NCBI GenBank assembly: GCA_965230295.1 | Contig: OZ246001.1 | Location: forward strand, 1,728,001-1,792,000 | Direction of reading: 5' to 3' | Length of the DNA stretch: 64,000 nt | Source: Marinicella sp. | Lineage (GTDB): Bacteria > Pseudomonadota > Gammaproteobacteria > Xanthomonadales > Marinicellaceae | Part shown: in pieces, positions 1 through 9,329 of the stretch | Numbering within the stretch: the first letter of the stretch is position 1 | Layout: each line of letters opens with the position of its first letter | Position numbers and translations under genes: made by a program | The notes under the pieces: model-generated | Databases searched by the model: none | What the model saw: the letters and a program-made list of their open reading frames with translations, nothing else | Told to the model about the DNA's origin: nothing

Positions 1-4
1 TGGA

Positions 5-436
5 ATGAGTAAACAAATCAGCAGAATAGTTGATAAAAGACGCCTTCTTCAAGGCGTTTTTTTATTCCTGATATTGTTGAGTTCATGGTGGTATCAGCAA
101 AATTATTCAACCAACAGCGACCTGATTGATGCCATAAACATGCAGCGCAATGATGTGTTGGTTGAATTTGAAGCAGAGGTCATCAAGCTATTGAGGGATG
201 ATAACCATGGGTCTAAACACCAAAAATTTATCGTTCAACATGGTATTCACACCCTGTTGATTGCCCACAATATAGATTTGGCACCAAGGGTTCCAATTGT
301 CGTTGGTGATCACTTGACCATCAATGGTGAGTATGAATGGAATGACCGTGGTGGGGTGGTTCATTGGACCCACCATGATCCCCAAAATAGGCGAGCTGGA
401 GGTTGGATTGAACTGGACGGAAAAAAGTTTAAATAA
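5..436 (+). CDS. DUF3465 family OB-fold membrane-anchored protein
   Basis: N-terminal TM segment; family-typical motifs DDNHGSKHQKFI, AHNIDLAPRV, GEYEWN..GGVVHWTHHDP. Confidence 0.8.
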   Translation: MSKQISRIVDKRRLLQGVFLFLILLSSWWYQQNYSTNSDLIDAINMQRNDVLVEFEAEVIKLLRDDNHGSKHQKFIVQHGIHTLLIAHNIDLAPRVPIVVGDHLTINGEYEWNDRGGVVHWTHHDPQNRRAGGWIELDGKKFK

Positions 437-449
437 GCATTAAAAATAC

Positions 450-478
450 TTGCCTAATGTATTGAATTAATTTATCAT
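450..478 (+). promoter_or_regulatory. sigma70 promoter of tRNA-Lys
   Basis: TTGCCT(450-455)-17 bp-TATCAT(473-478), followed by a GC-rich discriminator GCGCACC as in stable-RNA promoters. Confidence 0.7.
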
Positions 479-521
479 TGCGCACCTCGAAACATTCAGT
501 TTCAATCCTGTTTATTCAAAT

Positions 522-597
522 GGGTCGTTAGCTCAGCTGGTAGAGCAGTGGACTTTTAATCCATTGGTCATAGGTTCAAATCCTATACGACCCACCA
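522..597 (+). tRNA. tRNA-Lys (anticodon TTT)
   Basis: 76 nt GGGTCGTTAGCTCAG...GTGGA-CTTTTAA-TCCAT...GGTTCAAATCC...CGACCCACCA; acceptor stem, TpsiC loop and encoded CCA. Confidence 0.97.
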
Positions 598-856
598 TTG
601 AATTTGATTTTAAAAAAATACGTCAAATATCCTGAATTTATTGGTCAGATGTGTCTATACCCAATGAATCTACTGTCCGGATAAAAAGTGGTTATTAATT
701 AACCAAAAAACAACACGCATAAAATCAAATATGAAAACCAATAATTTGTTTTATTATCAGTGACTTACAAAGACAGCCTTTTGTTTTTATGTGCCAATAT
801 ACTTCATGAGCAAGGTCATGACAAAGAAAAGGCGGATTTGAAGCAAGTACAAGCGC

Positions 857-893
857 AAAAAAACACCACTTCAAATCAATAAAATGGTGTTTT
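857..893 (-). terminator. possible intrinsic terminator of xthA-yceJ-yceI
   Basis: Inverted repeat AAAACACCA(860-868)/TGGTGTTTT(885-893) with an A-run giving a U-tract on the minus strand; long 16-nt loop. Confidence 0.35.
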
Positions 894-910
894 AAGAAAT
901 GGTGTGTTGG

Positions 911-1474
911 TTATTTTTTGATGCCTTCAACAGAGACTGTTAAGGTCAAATTTTCATAAGCACCACCAACACTTTTTTTCAGTTTAAATTTTGAAAGTTG
1001 TAAATCGGTGGTTGCTTCATACCCGCGGCGATACCCTCCCCATGGATCTTTGCCGGCGCCGATGAATTTGACATCCAAAGAAACCTCTTGAGTCACACCA
1101 TTCAATGTTAAGTTTCCGGTCATGGTGCCATGGCCATCTGTGGAAGGGGTGAATGAGGTGCTGTTAAATGTTGCCGTTGGATGTGCAGCCACATTCAGGA
1201 AATCATCACTACGCAAATGTTTGTCTCGAGCGGTGTGGTTTGAGTTGACACTGCTGGTGTCAACAGTCATTTCAATACTGGCAGCAGTTGGGTTGTTCTC
1301 ATCAAAGGTAAATTCTCCGTCGAAAGAATCAAAACGTCCATACAACCAACTGTATCCCAGGTGACTGATTTTAAATTGCACAAAAGCGTGTGAGCCCTTG
1401 GTGTCAATTTGGTAGGTGTCTGCTGTAGCAAAACCACTGGTGATGAATAAAAGGATCAACAATATTTTTTTCAT
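911..1474 (-). CDS. yceI: YceI family periplasmic polyisoprenoid-binding protein
   Basis: Signal peptide; YQIDTKGSHAFVQFKISHLGYSWLYGRF, RDKHLRSDDF, KDPWGGYR motifs. Confidence 0.93.
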   Translation of the reverse strand: MKKILLILLFITSGFATADTYQIDTKGSHAFVQFKISHLGYSWLYGRFDSFDGEFTFDENNPTAASIEMTVDTSSVNSNHTARDKHLRSDDFLNVAAHPTATFNSTSFTPSTDGHGTMTGNLTLNGVTQEVSLDVKFIGAGKDPWGGYRRGYEATTDLQLSKFKLKKSVGGAYENLTLTVSVEGIKK

Positions 1475-1482
1475 ATAGATTC

Positions 1483-2010
1483 CTATAACATGCGTTTTAA
1501 AGTATCGTCTTTATCGATGAAATGGTGTTTCAATGCGCCCAGCACATGAAAAATCACCATGGCCATCAATACATAAGACAGGTTCTCGTGTAACCAACCC
1601 ATGGTATCGACCTGGTTGGCAGAAAATTGTGAAAATGCGGGTAATTTAATAAATTCAAGCACTGTTTTAGTTTCACCATCTGCTGTAGTGAACAAATACC
1701 CACAAATAATGATGGTAGAGACCAAAAGATAAATCAACGCTTTGACACCTTTGGCCACGAAAGATTCAAAACGGTTGTGGTTCAATGGTGTAAGGTTTGA
1801 ACGGGGAAAAAACAGTCTGATGATCATCCATGTCCACAAAACCAAGATAACGACACCGCCTGTGATGTGCCACTCAGGTAAGGTGGTGTACCAGGGACTG
1901 TAATAATCCAGATCAACCATGATCCATCCAGAAATAAACAGCGCAATGATCAGTAAAGCACTGAACCAGTGTAACAGCCTTTTAATGATCGTGTGTTTTG
2001 TCATCATCAT
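1483..2010 (-). CDS. yceJ: Cytochrome b561 (YceJ-like)
   Basis: Four TM helices with heme His (LHW, WH, LHE, FHVLGALKHHFIDKD); adjacent to yceI. Confidence 0.85.
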   Translation of the reverse strand: MMMTKHTIIKRLLHWFSALLIIALFISGWIMVDLDYYSPWYTTLPEWHITGGVVILVLWTWMIIRLFFPRSNLTPLNHNRFESFVAKGVKALIYLLVSTIIICGYLFTTADGETKTVLEFIKLPAFSQFSANQVDTMGWLHENLSYVLMAMVIFHVLGALKHHFIDKDDTLKRML

Positions 2011-2778
2011 TTACCAGTCAAACTCAGTAACCACAGGTGTGTGGTCAGAAGGGCGTTCCCATTTTCGTGGTTCAACATCAATGTATGAAGCCGTGACGGC
2101 TTCGGACATTTCATCAGAACACAACACCAAATCAATGCGCAAACCAAGTCCCCTGATAAACCCGTTCATGCGGTAATCCCACCAACTGAATAAACCACCT
2201 TCATCATGTAACAATCTGAAACTGTCTTGTAAACCCAAATCCAGCAAACGATTCAAGGCGTTGCGTTCCTCGGTGGTACAGAGGATTTTTTCATGCCATT
2301 TATCAGGATCATGGACATCGCGATCATCTGGTGCGATGTTGAAATCACCCAAGACTACCACATCATCGTATTCATTCATTTGTTGCTCAACAAAGTGGGT
2401 CACTTTGTCTAACCAATTGAGTTTATAGGTGAATTTTTCTGTACCAGGGGCTGAACCGTTGACCACATACAAGTCAATGATGCGCACATCATCTACAGTG
2501 GCAGCCAATATGCGCCTTTGTGGGTCGTCCAGACCTGGAATATCAGTGATCACATCGACAGGCTGCTGTTTGGCAATGATGGCCACACCGTTGTAGGTTT
2601 TTTGACCAGAAAACACCACTTGATAACCAGCCGCCTCAATGGCTGCTTGTGGAAAGACCTCATCGGTCATTTTGGTTTCTTGCAAGGCCAGTACATCGGG
2701 CTGGGAAGATTCAAGCCACTGCAACACATGTTCCAAACGGACATTGAGTGAATTGACGTTCCAGGAAGCTATTTTCAT
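2011..2778 (-). CDS. xthA: Exodeoxyribonuclease III
   Basis: SWNVNS, LQETK, GDFNIAP, FSWWDYR, RIDL, SDHTP motifs. Confidence 0.95.
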   Translation of the reverse strand: MKIASWNVNSLNVRLEHVLQWLESSQPDVLALQETKMTDEVFPQAAIEAAGYQVVFSGQKTYNGVAIIAKQQPVDVITDIPGLDDPQRRILAATVDDVRIIDLYVVNGSAPGTEKFTYKLNWLDKVTHFVEQQMNEYDDVVVLGDFNIAPDDRDVHDPDKWHEKILCTTEERNALNRLLDLGLQDSFRLLHDEGGLFSWWDYRMNGFIRGLGLRIDLVLCSDEMSEAVTASYIDVEPRKWERPSDHTPVVTEFDW

Positions 2779-2946
2779 GGTAGTTGGTTTTATAAATCAG
2801 AAAATTGTAACAAACAATGTGGTTTTATAGATGTTATTCGGCAGTGAAAGTGAAAAAAAATTCAACTTTGCTTAAAGCGTAATAAAACCTAACAAACAAC
2901 GAAACCAATAACATAAAATAAAGGGTTAGTTTGATAACATTAAATT

Positions 2947-3462
2947 ATGCTTCGCATCATTGGTATTGATCCAGGTTCACGCTTTACCGGCGTGGGGATC
3001 ATTGACACAAAAGACCAAAACATCCAACATGTCCACCATGAGACCATCAAGTGTGGTGATGGCGACTTTCCAGAGCGCCTGAAAACCATATTTGTGACAG
3101 TCAATCATTTGGTGCAACAATACCAACCTCATGAGATGGCGATTGAAAATGTGTTCATGGCTAAAAATGCAAATGCAGCTTTGAAATTAGGCCAGGCACG
3201 AGGTGCAGCCATTTGTGCCACGGTGGCCAATGATGTTTTGGTGCATGAATACGCACCCAAAGCCATCAAGCAGGCTGTGGTGGGAAAAGGCGGTGCAGAC
3301 AAAGCCCAAGTGCAGTATATGGTGCAGTTGTTGCTGAATTTAACAGAAAAGGTGCAAAATGATGCGGCCGATGGTCTGGCTGTAGCCATTTGTCATGCCA
3401 ATAATCGTTGGGCCCAACAGCGGTTGGTGGCTAACAACACCAGTAATTGGAGAAAATTTTGA
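2947..3462 (+). CDS. ruvC: Holliday junction resolvase RuvC
   Basis: IIGIDPGS, AIENVF, LGQARG, DAADGLA; upstream of ruvA/ruvB. Confidence 0.96.
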   Translation: MLRIIGIDPGSRFTGVGIIDTKDQNIQHVHHETIKCGDGDFPERLKTIFVTVNHLVQQYQPHEMAIENVFMAKNANAALKLGQARGAAICATVANDVLVHEYAPKAIKQAVVGKGGADKAQVQYMVQLLLNLTEKVQNDAADGLAVAICHANNRWAQQRLVANNTSNWRKF

Positions 3463-3472
3463 GGTCAGATTC

Positions 3473-4072
3473 ATGATCGGTCGCTTACATGGCCAGCTGG
3501 TACACACTGAACCCCCTTCTCATTTGATTGTAGATGTGAACGGTGTCGGTTATGAGGTGGAAGCACCCACCAGTGTATTTTTTGATTTACCGGAAATGAA
3601 CCATCAAATCACTCTGGTGATTCATCATCTGGTGCGTGAAGACGCTTCTATTCTTTATGGTTTTCGCAGTTTTGCCCAACGTGATTTGTTCCGAACATTG
3701 TTGAAGGTCAATGGCATAGGTGCCAAATCGGCATTGGCTATTTTGTCCACCATGAGTTCAGCTGAGTTTGCACAAGTGATTCAGGATCAAAACGTATCAG
3801 CCATAGTGAAGGTGCCGGGCATCGGTAAAAAAACCGCACAACGGTTGATCATAGAAATGAAAGACAAGGTGGATGTCACCACCATGGACCCAGGTGATCC
3901 CAACCAGCCACAAGCCAGTCGTTTTGGCATTCACACAGAAGCGGAATCGGCTTTGCAAGCCCTTGGATTTAAGCCAACAGAAGCCAGTCAAATGGTGAAA
4001 CAAGTGGCCAAAGATGACATGAGTGTGGAAGAAATTATCCGCGTTTGTTTACAACTGAAAGGAGCCGGCTGA
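3473..4072 (+). CDS. ruvA: Holliday junction branch migration protein RuvA
   Basis: Start at MIGRLHG (3473); [14 protein letters not shown], HhH motifs VNGIGAK and VPGIGKKTA. Confidence 0.96.
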   Translation: MIGRLHGQLVHTEPPSHLIVDVNGVGYEVEAPTSVFFDLPEMNHQITLVIHHLVREDASILYGFRSFAQRDLFRTLLKVNGIGAKSALAILSTMSSAEFAQVIQDQNVSAIVKVPGIGKKTAQRLIIEMKDKVDVTTMDPGDPNQPQASRFGIHTEAESALQALGFKPTEASQMVKQVAKDDMSVEEIIRVCLQLKGAG

Positions 4073-5121
4073 TGGAAAATAACCCATTTGAGGTCAGTGA
4101 TCGATTGATTGGCGGCATGCCTGAAAGCTCACAAGAAAAGTTGATTGAGGCCAGCATCAGACCACAAAGTCTCAGTGAATACTTGGGCCAAAAAGAAGTC
4201 AAAGAACAGATGGAACTGTTTATCCAGGCAGCCAAAAATCGTGCCGAATCTCTAGACCATGTGTTGATCTTTGGTCCACCTGGTTTGGGCAAAACCACCA
4301 TGGCCCACGTGATTGCCAATGAAATGGGGGTGCAGATGCGTCAAACATCCGGCCCGGTGCTGGAAAAAGCCGGTGATCTGGCGGCTTTGTTGACCAACCT
4401 ACAACCGCATGATGTGTTGTTTATCGACGAAATTCACCGACTATCACCGGTGGTCGAAGAAGTTTTGTACCCTGCGATGGAGGATTTCCAAATCGACATC
4501 ATGATTGGTGAAGGTCCGGCTGCCCGTTCGATTAAGTTGGATTTACCACCGTTTACTTTGGTGGGTGCCACGACCCGAGCAGGGCTATTGACCTCACCTT
4601 TGCGCGATCGTTTTGGCATCGTACAGCGACTCAAGTTTTATGAGACGCCCGATTTGATGCACATTGTAGCCAGGTCAGCTCAAATCCTGAACATCCAAGC
4701 CGATGAAGCCGGGTGTCTGGAAGTGGCCAGGCGCTCACGGGGCACTCCCAGAATAGCCAATCGCCTGTTGCGTCGGGTTCGGGACTATGCAGAGGTCAAA
4801 GGGGATGGCGTAATCACCGAAGAGATTGCTTCCAGTGCCATGAACATGTTACAAGTAGACCAAAAAGGATTGGATGAAATGGACCGTAAACTGTTGTCCA
4901 TCATCACACAACAATTTGAAGGAGGACCCGTGGGGATCAACTCATTGGCAGCTGCTTTGTCTGAAGAACGTGGTACGGTAGAGGATGTGATTGAACCTTA
5001 TTTAATTCAACAAGGTTTGATTGCTCGCACGGCTCGAGGCCGGATTGCCACGACCAAAACCTGGCAAATCTTGGGCATCAGCCCACCTAAAAACAAACAC
5101 AACCAAGACCTTTTTGAGTGA
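4072..5121 (+). CDS. ruvB: Holliday junction DNA helicase RuvB
   Basis: Walker [39 protein letters not shown]; ATG overlaps ruvA stop. Confidence 0.97.
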   Translation: MENNPFEVSDRLIGGMPESSQEKLIEASIRPQSLSEYLGQKEVKEQMELFIQAAKNRAESLDHVLIFGPPGLGKTTMAHVIANEMGVQMRQTSGPVLEKAGDLAALLTNLQPHDVLFIDEIHRLSPVVEEVLYPAMEDFQIDIMIGEGPAARSIKLDLPPFTLVGATTRAGLLTSPLRDRFGIVQRLKFYETPDLMHIVARSAQILNIQADEAGCLEVARRSRGTPRIANRLLRRVRDYAEVKGDGVITEEIASSAMNMLQVDQKGLDEMDRKLLSIITQQFEGGPVGINSLAAALSEERGTVEDVIEPYLIQQGLIARTARGRIATTKTWQILGISPPKNKHNQDLFE

Positions 5122-5134
5122 ATTCAATTCATAT

Positions 5135-5533
5135 ATGAGCAAATACACCCATCAATTCAGAGTCTATTATGAAGACACCGACGCTGGCGGCGTGGTTTAT
5201 CATGCCAATTATTTGAACTTTTTCGAACGCACGCGGACTGAATGGTTACGATCTAAAGGATTGCAACAAAGTGTGATGCGCGAACAAGCCAATGTGATAC
5301 TGGCCATTCGGAAAATGGACATTGATTTTGTACTACCGGCCAGGCTCGATGATGTATTGACGGTCAGCACAGAAGTGCAAAGCCACAGTAAAATAACCAT
5401 GGTGGTGGCCCAAGAAATGTATGTGGGTGATACCTTGGTTGCCAAAGCCCGTGTACAAATAGTCAGTTTGAGTGCAGAAAAGTTCAAACCGATGCGCTTT
5501 CCAACCCAATATTTAGAGGAGTTAATGCTTTGA
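5135..5533 (+). CDS. ybgC: Tol-Pal-associated acyl-CoA thioesterase
   Basis: RVYYEDTDAGGVVYHANYL..FERTRTE; sits between ruvB and tolQ. Confidence 0.92.
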   Translation: MSKYTHQFRVYYEDTDAGGVVYHANYLNFFERTRTEWLRSKGLQQSVMREQANVILAIRKMDIDFVLPARLDDVLTVSTEVQSHSKITMVVAQEMYVGDTLVAKARVQIVSLSAEKFKPMRFPTQYLEELML

Positions 5534-6195
5534 ACGACAGCGGACAATTTTATTACGAAATCATCATGAGTGCTTCCATGCCAGTGAAAGTGGTGATGGT
5601 TATTTTGGTGTTGGCATCGGTGTGGTCTTGGTTGATCATCTTTTCCAAAGGTCGGGTGTTGGCCAGTGCACAAAACAAGGCCAAGAAATTTGAAGAATAC
5701 TTTTGGTCTGGGGTCGATTTGAACAAACTGTATGACACCATATCAGGCAAAAAAAATTCTGGGCTGGCAAAAATTTTCGAAGCCGGTTTCAAAGAGTTTC
5801 AACGGAAAAAAACGGTATCTAAAGGCGCCATCAGCTCGATTGAGGGCTCAGACCGGGCGATGCGAGTGGCGCTGAACCGTGAAATAGAAAACATGGAAAG
5901 CCACTTACCGACCTTGGCCACCATTGGGTCAACCAGCCCGTACATTGGGTTGTTTGGTACGGTGATAGGTATCATGTTGTCTTTTCATGCTTTATCAGAT
6001 GTGACACAGGCCACCATTGCCTTGGTGGCACCGGGCATTTCAGAAGCCTTGATCGCCACGGCCATGGGTTTGTTTGCTGCCATTCCAGCGGTTATTTTTT
6101 ATAACAAGTTCAGCGATAAGGTGGAACGCATCTATGCCCAATACGATGCTTTTAAGGAAGAATTTTCTGCCATTTTACACCGGCAGGTAGGGTAG
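5530..6195 (+). CDS. tolQ: TolQ
   Basis: LATIGSTSPYIGLFGTV, VAPGISEALIATAMGLFAAIPA; TTG start overlapping ybgC. Confidence 0.95.
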   Translation: MNDSGQFYYEIIMSASMPVKVVMVILVLASVWSWLIIFSKGRVLASAQNKAKKFEEYFWSGVDLNKLYDTISGKKNSGLAKIFEAGFKEFQRKKTVSKGAISSIEGSDRAMRVALNREIENMESHLPTLATIGSTSPYIGLFGTVIGIMLSFHALSDVTQATIALVAPGISEALIATAMGLFAAIPAVIFYNKFSDKVERIYAQYDAFKEEFSAILHRQVG

Positions 6196-6199
6196 TCAG

Positions 6200-6616
6200 A
6201 TGAGGCGACCCCGCAAAGTCAAAGCAGAAATCAATGTGGTGCCATACATCGACGTGACTTTGGTGTTGTTGATCATTTTCATGATCACCACACCTTTAAT
6301 GAACCTGGGTGTTGATGTCAACTTACCTGAATCAACGGCCAACACCATCACCATTGAAACCGAGCCAGCAGTGGTGAATGTAACAGCCAATGGCGATTTG
6401 TATTTAAGTATTGGTGGCGAATATGAGTTGATTGATGCAGAATCATTGACCAAAAAGCTCACCGCCTTTGTCAAAGTCAATGATGAATTACCCATCATGA
6501 TAGGCGCCGATGAGTCCGTCAGTTATGGACAAGTCTATCAAGCCATGGCCATTGTTCAGCAGTCAGGCGCCAAGAAAGTGGGTTTGATCAGCGACCCCAT
6601 TAAACCGGATCAGTGA
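6200..6616 (+). CDS. tolR: TolR
   Basis: EINVVPYIDVTLVLLIIFM motif; operon context. Confidence 0.95.
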   Translation: MRRPRKVKAEINVVPYIDVTLVLLIIFMITTPLMNLGVDVNLPESTANTITIETEPAVVNVTANGDLYLSIGGEYELIDAESLTKKLTAFVKVNDELPIMIGADESVSYGQVYQAMAIVQQSGAKKVGLISDPIKPDQ

Positions 6617-6622
6617 TTTGAT

Positions 6623-7411
6623 ATGTCGGTCTTGAGTTTCGATGCTGAAAAACGACAAGGACTGCTTTATTCCTTGGGTTTACACATTGCGATCGTGATG
6701 TTGTTGATGATGTCGACCCAACAAATCAGCATCACACCACCCAAAGGCATTGCCATTCAGGCTGAAATCATGGATCTGGATCAGTTTTTAAAAAATCAGC
6801 CCAAGCCCAAAACACAGCCGGTTAAAAAAGATCCGCCGAAACCAGAACCGAAACCACCTGAACCGAAACCCCCAGAACCTAAACCACCGGAGCCCAAACC
6901 GGTAGAAAAACCGGTGGAAAAACCAGTGATTAAACCCCAGGTTGATCCAGTGAAGCGTCAGGAGAAAACCGATCGACAAAAACGTCTGGAAGAAATCCGG
7001 CGCAAAAGACAAGAAGCCGAACAACAGGCACAAAAACAACCAGAAATTAAACCCACAGAAAATCCTGTGGAAAAACCAGCTAATCCAGCCATTGGCACCC
7101 CAACAGGTGTGGAAGACCCTTTGAATAAATTGAAGGCCCAGTATTCCTTGGTATTAGATGCAGCTGTAAGAAGACAATGGGCCATGCCGGTAGGTACACC
7201 TCAAACCTTAAAATGCTTAGTTAAAGTCAAGCAAATACCTGGCGGCGGTGTTATAGATGTTTCAATTGGCTCACCTTGTAATGCTTCCCCTATAGTCAGA
7301 AACTCGATCATCAATGCGGTAAAAAAAGCAGATCCGCTGCCTTATACAGGCTTTGAAAGGGTTTTTGATCGAGAAATTGACATAACTTTCACCAACACGG
7401 AGAACAAATAA
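6623..7411 (+). CDS. tolA: TolA (short, Pro-rich linker)
   Basis: TM with SxxxH (SLGLH), KPPEP repeats, charged helix, C-terminal TolA/TonB domain (VKQIPGG...KADPLP). Confidence 0.85.
   Translation: MSVLSFDAEKRQGLLYSLGLHIAIVMLLMMSTQQISITPPKGIAIQAEIMDLDQFLKNQPKPKTQPVKKDPPKPEPKPPEPKPPEPKPPEPKPVEKPVEKPVIKPQVDPVKRQEKTDRQKRLEEIRRKRQEAEQQAQKQPEIKPTENPVEKPANPAIGTPTGVEDPLNKLKAQYSLVLDAAVRRQWAMPVGTPQTLKCLVKVKQIPGGGVIDVSIGSPCNASPIVRNSIINAVKKADPLPYTGFERVFDREIDITFTNTENK
6836..6926 (+). repeat. Degenerate 12-15 bp coding tandem repeat (PKPPE / KPVE units) in tolA
   Basis: ccgaaaccacctgaa/ccgaaacccccagaa/cctaaaccaccggag/cccaaaccggtagaa; end points approximate. Confidence 0.7.
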
Positions 7412-8700
7412 TGAAAACAATATTGACCTTATTCACTTTAGGGACGTTGCTTTCTTTTAACCTTAATGCTCAATTAAACATCACCATTGATGGGGGCAAC
7501 GCTTCGGCTCTGCCCATAGCGGTGGTCGATTTTGTTAACTCCGGTGACCCACTGGCCACCGATATGGCCGAAGTGATTCGCAATGACTTGGCCCGATCAG
7601 GCCAATTCAAACCATTGGATAAAAGTTTAATTGTTGACCAGCCCCGATCGGATGCCGACATAAATTTTGGCACCTGGCGACTGCTGGGTTCGGACTTTAT
7701 TTCATATGGTGACATCACTTATTTAGATGAAAATCGCATGGAAGTTCGTTTCCGCTTGGCTTCTGTGGCAGAACAAAAGCAATTGTTGGCTTTGACCTTG
7801 CCTTTAAACCGGGAGCAAGCCAGGGCCGGTGCACATTACATTGCAGATCGGATCTATGAAGAAATTTTAGGCATCCCAGGGGTGTTTTCTACCAAACTGT
7901 CCTATGTAACCATGACAAAGAACAACCAGGGTTTTAAATACCAACTGATCGTTGCCGATTCAGATGGGTTTGGCCCCCAATCTCTGGTGACCTCAAACGA
8001 ACCTTTGTTGTCACCTTCATGGTCTCCAGACGGGAAAAAACTGGCTTATGTGTCATTTGAAAAAGGTAACTCAGCGATCTATATTCAGGACTTGAGTACC
8101 GGATCCAGAACATTGATGTCTAATTTCGAGGGAATCAATGGGGCACCTAAGTTTTCGCCCAATGGTCAAAGGCTGGCCATCACCTTGTCGAAGTCAGGTA
8201 ACCCAGAAATCTACACCATCAATGTGTTTGATAAAAAGTTGACCCAAATCACCAACCATTGGGCCATTGATACCGAACCGGAATGGTCACCGGATGGCCA
8301 AAGTTTATTCTTCACGTCTGATCGAGGAGGTCGGCCGCAAATTTACCAAGTTGATTTGATCAACAAACAACCCAAACGCATCACTTTCGAGGGCGAATAC
8401 AATGCCCGTGCCAGCTTGTCTCCGGACGGCAAGTACATAGCCATGGTTCACGGTAACGACAACCGGTATCAAATCGCTTTGTTGCACCGACCATCAAACA
8501 CCATGCAATTAATCAGTGACGGTAGTTTGGACGAAACACCCAGCTTTGCACCCAATGGCGCAATGGTGTTGTTTGCCACCAAAACGCCGGCTGGAAAAGG
8601 CTTGTTAAAAGCCGTTTCAACCGACGGCCAAACGTCCAATGATTTGGTGTTGACCAATGGCCATGTTCGTGAGCCTAACTGGTCTCCCTTATTGAAATAG
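7411..8700 (+). CDS. tolB: TolB
   Basis: Signal peptide, N-domain (DLARSGQF, AHYIADRIYE), PD40 repeats (SPSWSPDG, PEWSPDG), C-terminal REPNWSP. Confidence 0.95.
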   Translation: MKTILTLFTLGTLLSFNLNAQLNITIDGGNASALPIAVVDFVNSGDPLATDMAEVIRNDLARSGQFKPLDKSLIVDQPRSDADINFGTWRLLGSDFISYGDITYLDENRMEVRFRLASVAEQKQLLALTLPLNREQARAGAHYIADRIYEEILGIPGVFSTKLSYVTMTKNNQGFKYQLIVADSDGFGPQSLVTSNEPLLSPSWSPDGKKLAYVSFEKGNSAIYIQDLSTGSRTLMSNFEGINGAPKFSPNGQRLAITLSKSGNPEIYTINVFDKKLTQITNHWAIDTEPEWSPDGQSLFFTSDRGGRPQIYQVDLINKQPKRITFEGEYNARASLSPDGKYIAMVHGNDNRYQIALLHRPSNTMQLISDGSLDETPSFAPNGAMVLFATKTPAGKGLLKAVSTDGQTSNDLVLTNGHVREPNWSPLLK

Positions 8701-8704
8701 TTTA

Positions 8705-8722
8705 GGGCCTGTTAACAGGCCC
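8705..8722. repeat. Perfect 18-bp palindrome GGGCCTGTTAACAGGCCC
   Basis: Sequence equals its own reverse complement; starts 4 bp after the tolB stop. Confidence 0.9.
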
Positions 8723-8754
8723 CCCTAGTCTTAAGCTTGGCTTGAAGACCACCC

Positions 8755-8807
8755 AAACCATCAACTATACTGTTGGCTTCAATCACTGGTATTGTTGATG
8801 GTTTTTT
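8755..8807 (+). terminator. Long hairpin plus U-tract, probable terminator of the ruv-tol operon
   Basis: AAACCATCAAC(8755-8765)/GTTGATGGTTT(8794-8804) with further internal pairing (ATAC/GTAT), followed by a T-run. Confidence 0.55.
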
Positions 8808-9026
8808 ATTTGTACAGATCATTTTTTTAATGGTGCTGGAGTTAGCCAGACAAACAGTCGCCAACCAAAACACCCAATTGAGAGAACATCAAGTCAGTGT
8901 TGCGGTCTGTGGTGGATGTGCTGGTGTAAAGGTAAACAACGCTGGAAACGTTAATGACACAAGCTGAAGTGGTTCTTTATGAGGCCAAGGGCTTCGATAA
9001 CAATAAAATGATATTTCGGGGAATTT

Positions 9027-9329
9027 ATGAGTGATTTAGACAATTACATCAAGCAGGCTTCAGATCAACAGTGGCTGGTCATCGTGCTGTTGATTGTATT
9101 TCCACCGGTGGGCATTTATTTGCTGTGGAAAGGCAAGCACTTTGATGAAAAGAAACGCAAGATCATTACTGGGGTGTCTGTTGCTTGGTTTTTGCTGTAT
9201 TTGATTGATGCTTCAATGGCACCAAGCAACCAGAGTGGTTATGGTAGTTGCAGCGCCACATTTTATGAAAATGGTTGTACCTATTACCGCGATGACAACT
9301 GTAATGTAGTGGCCAAATCTTGTGACTGA
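9027..9329 (+). CDS. Small membrane protein with C-terminal four-Cys domain
   Basis: Two hydrophobic segments (LLIVFPPVGIYLLWK; ITGVSVAWFLLYLI), then CSATFYENGCTYYRDDNCNVVAKSC; SD-like GGGGA; overlaps next gene. Confidence 0.7.
   Translation: MSDLDNYIKQASDQQWLVIVLLIVFPPVGIYLLWKGKHFDEKKRKIITGVSVAWFLLYLIDASMAPSNQSGYGSCSATFYENGCTYYRDDNCNVVAKSCD

Noticed and set aside
8773-8967. 64-aa ORF with CGGC after tolB, considered as a pal remnant or small protein
   Set aside because: TTG start lies inside the terminator hairpin, there is no SD, and it shows no resemblance to Pal/OmpA or a lipobox.
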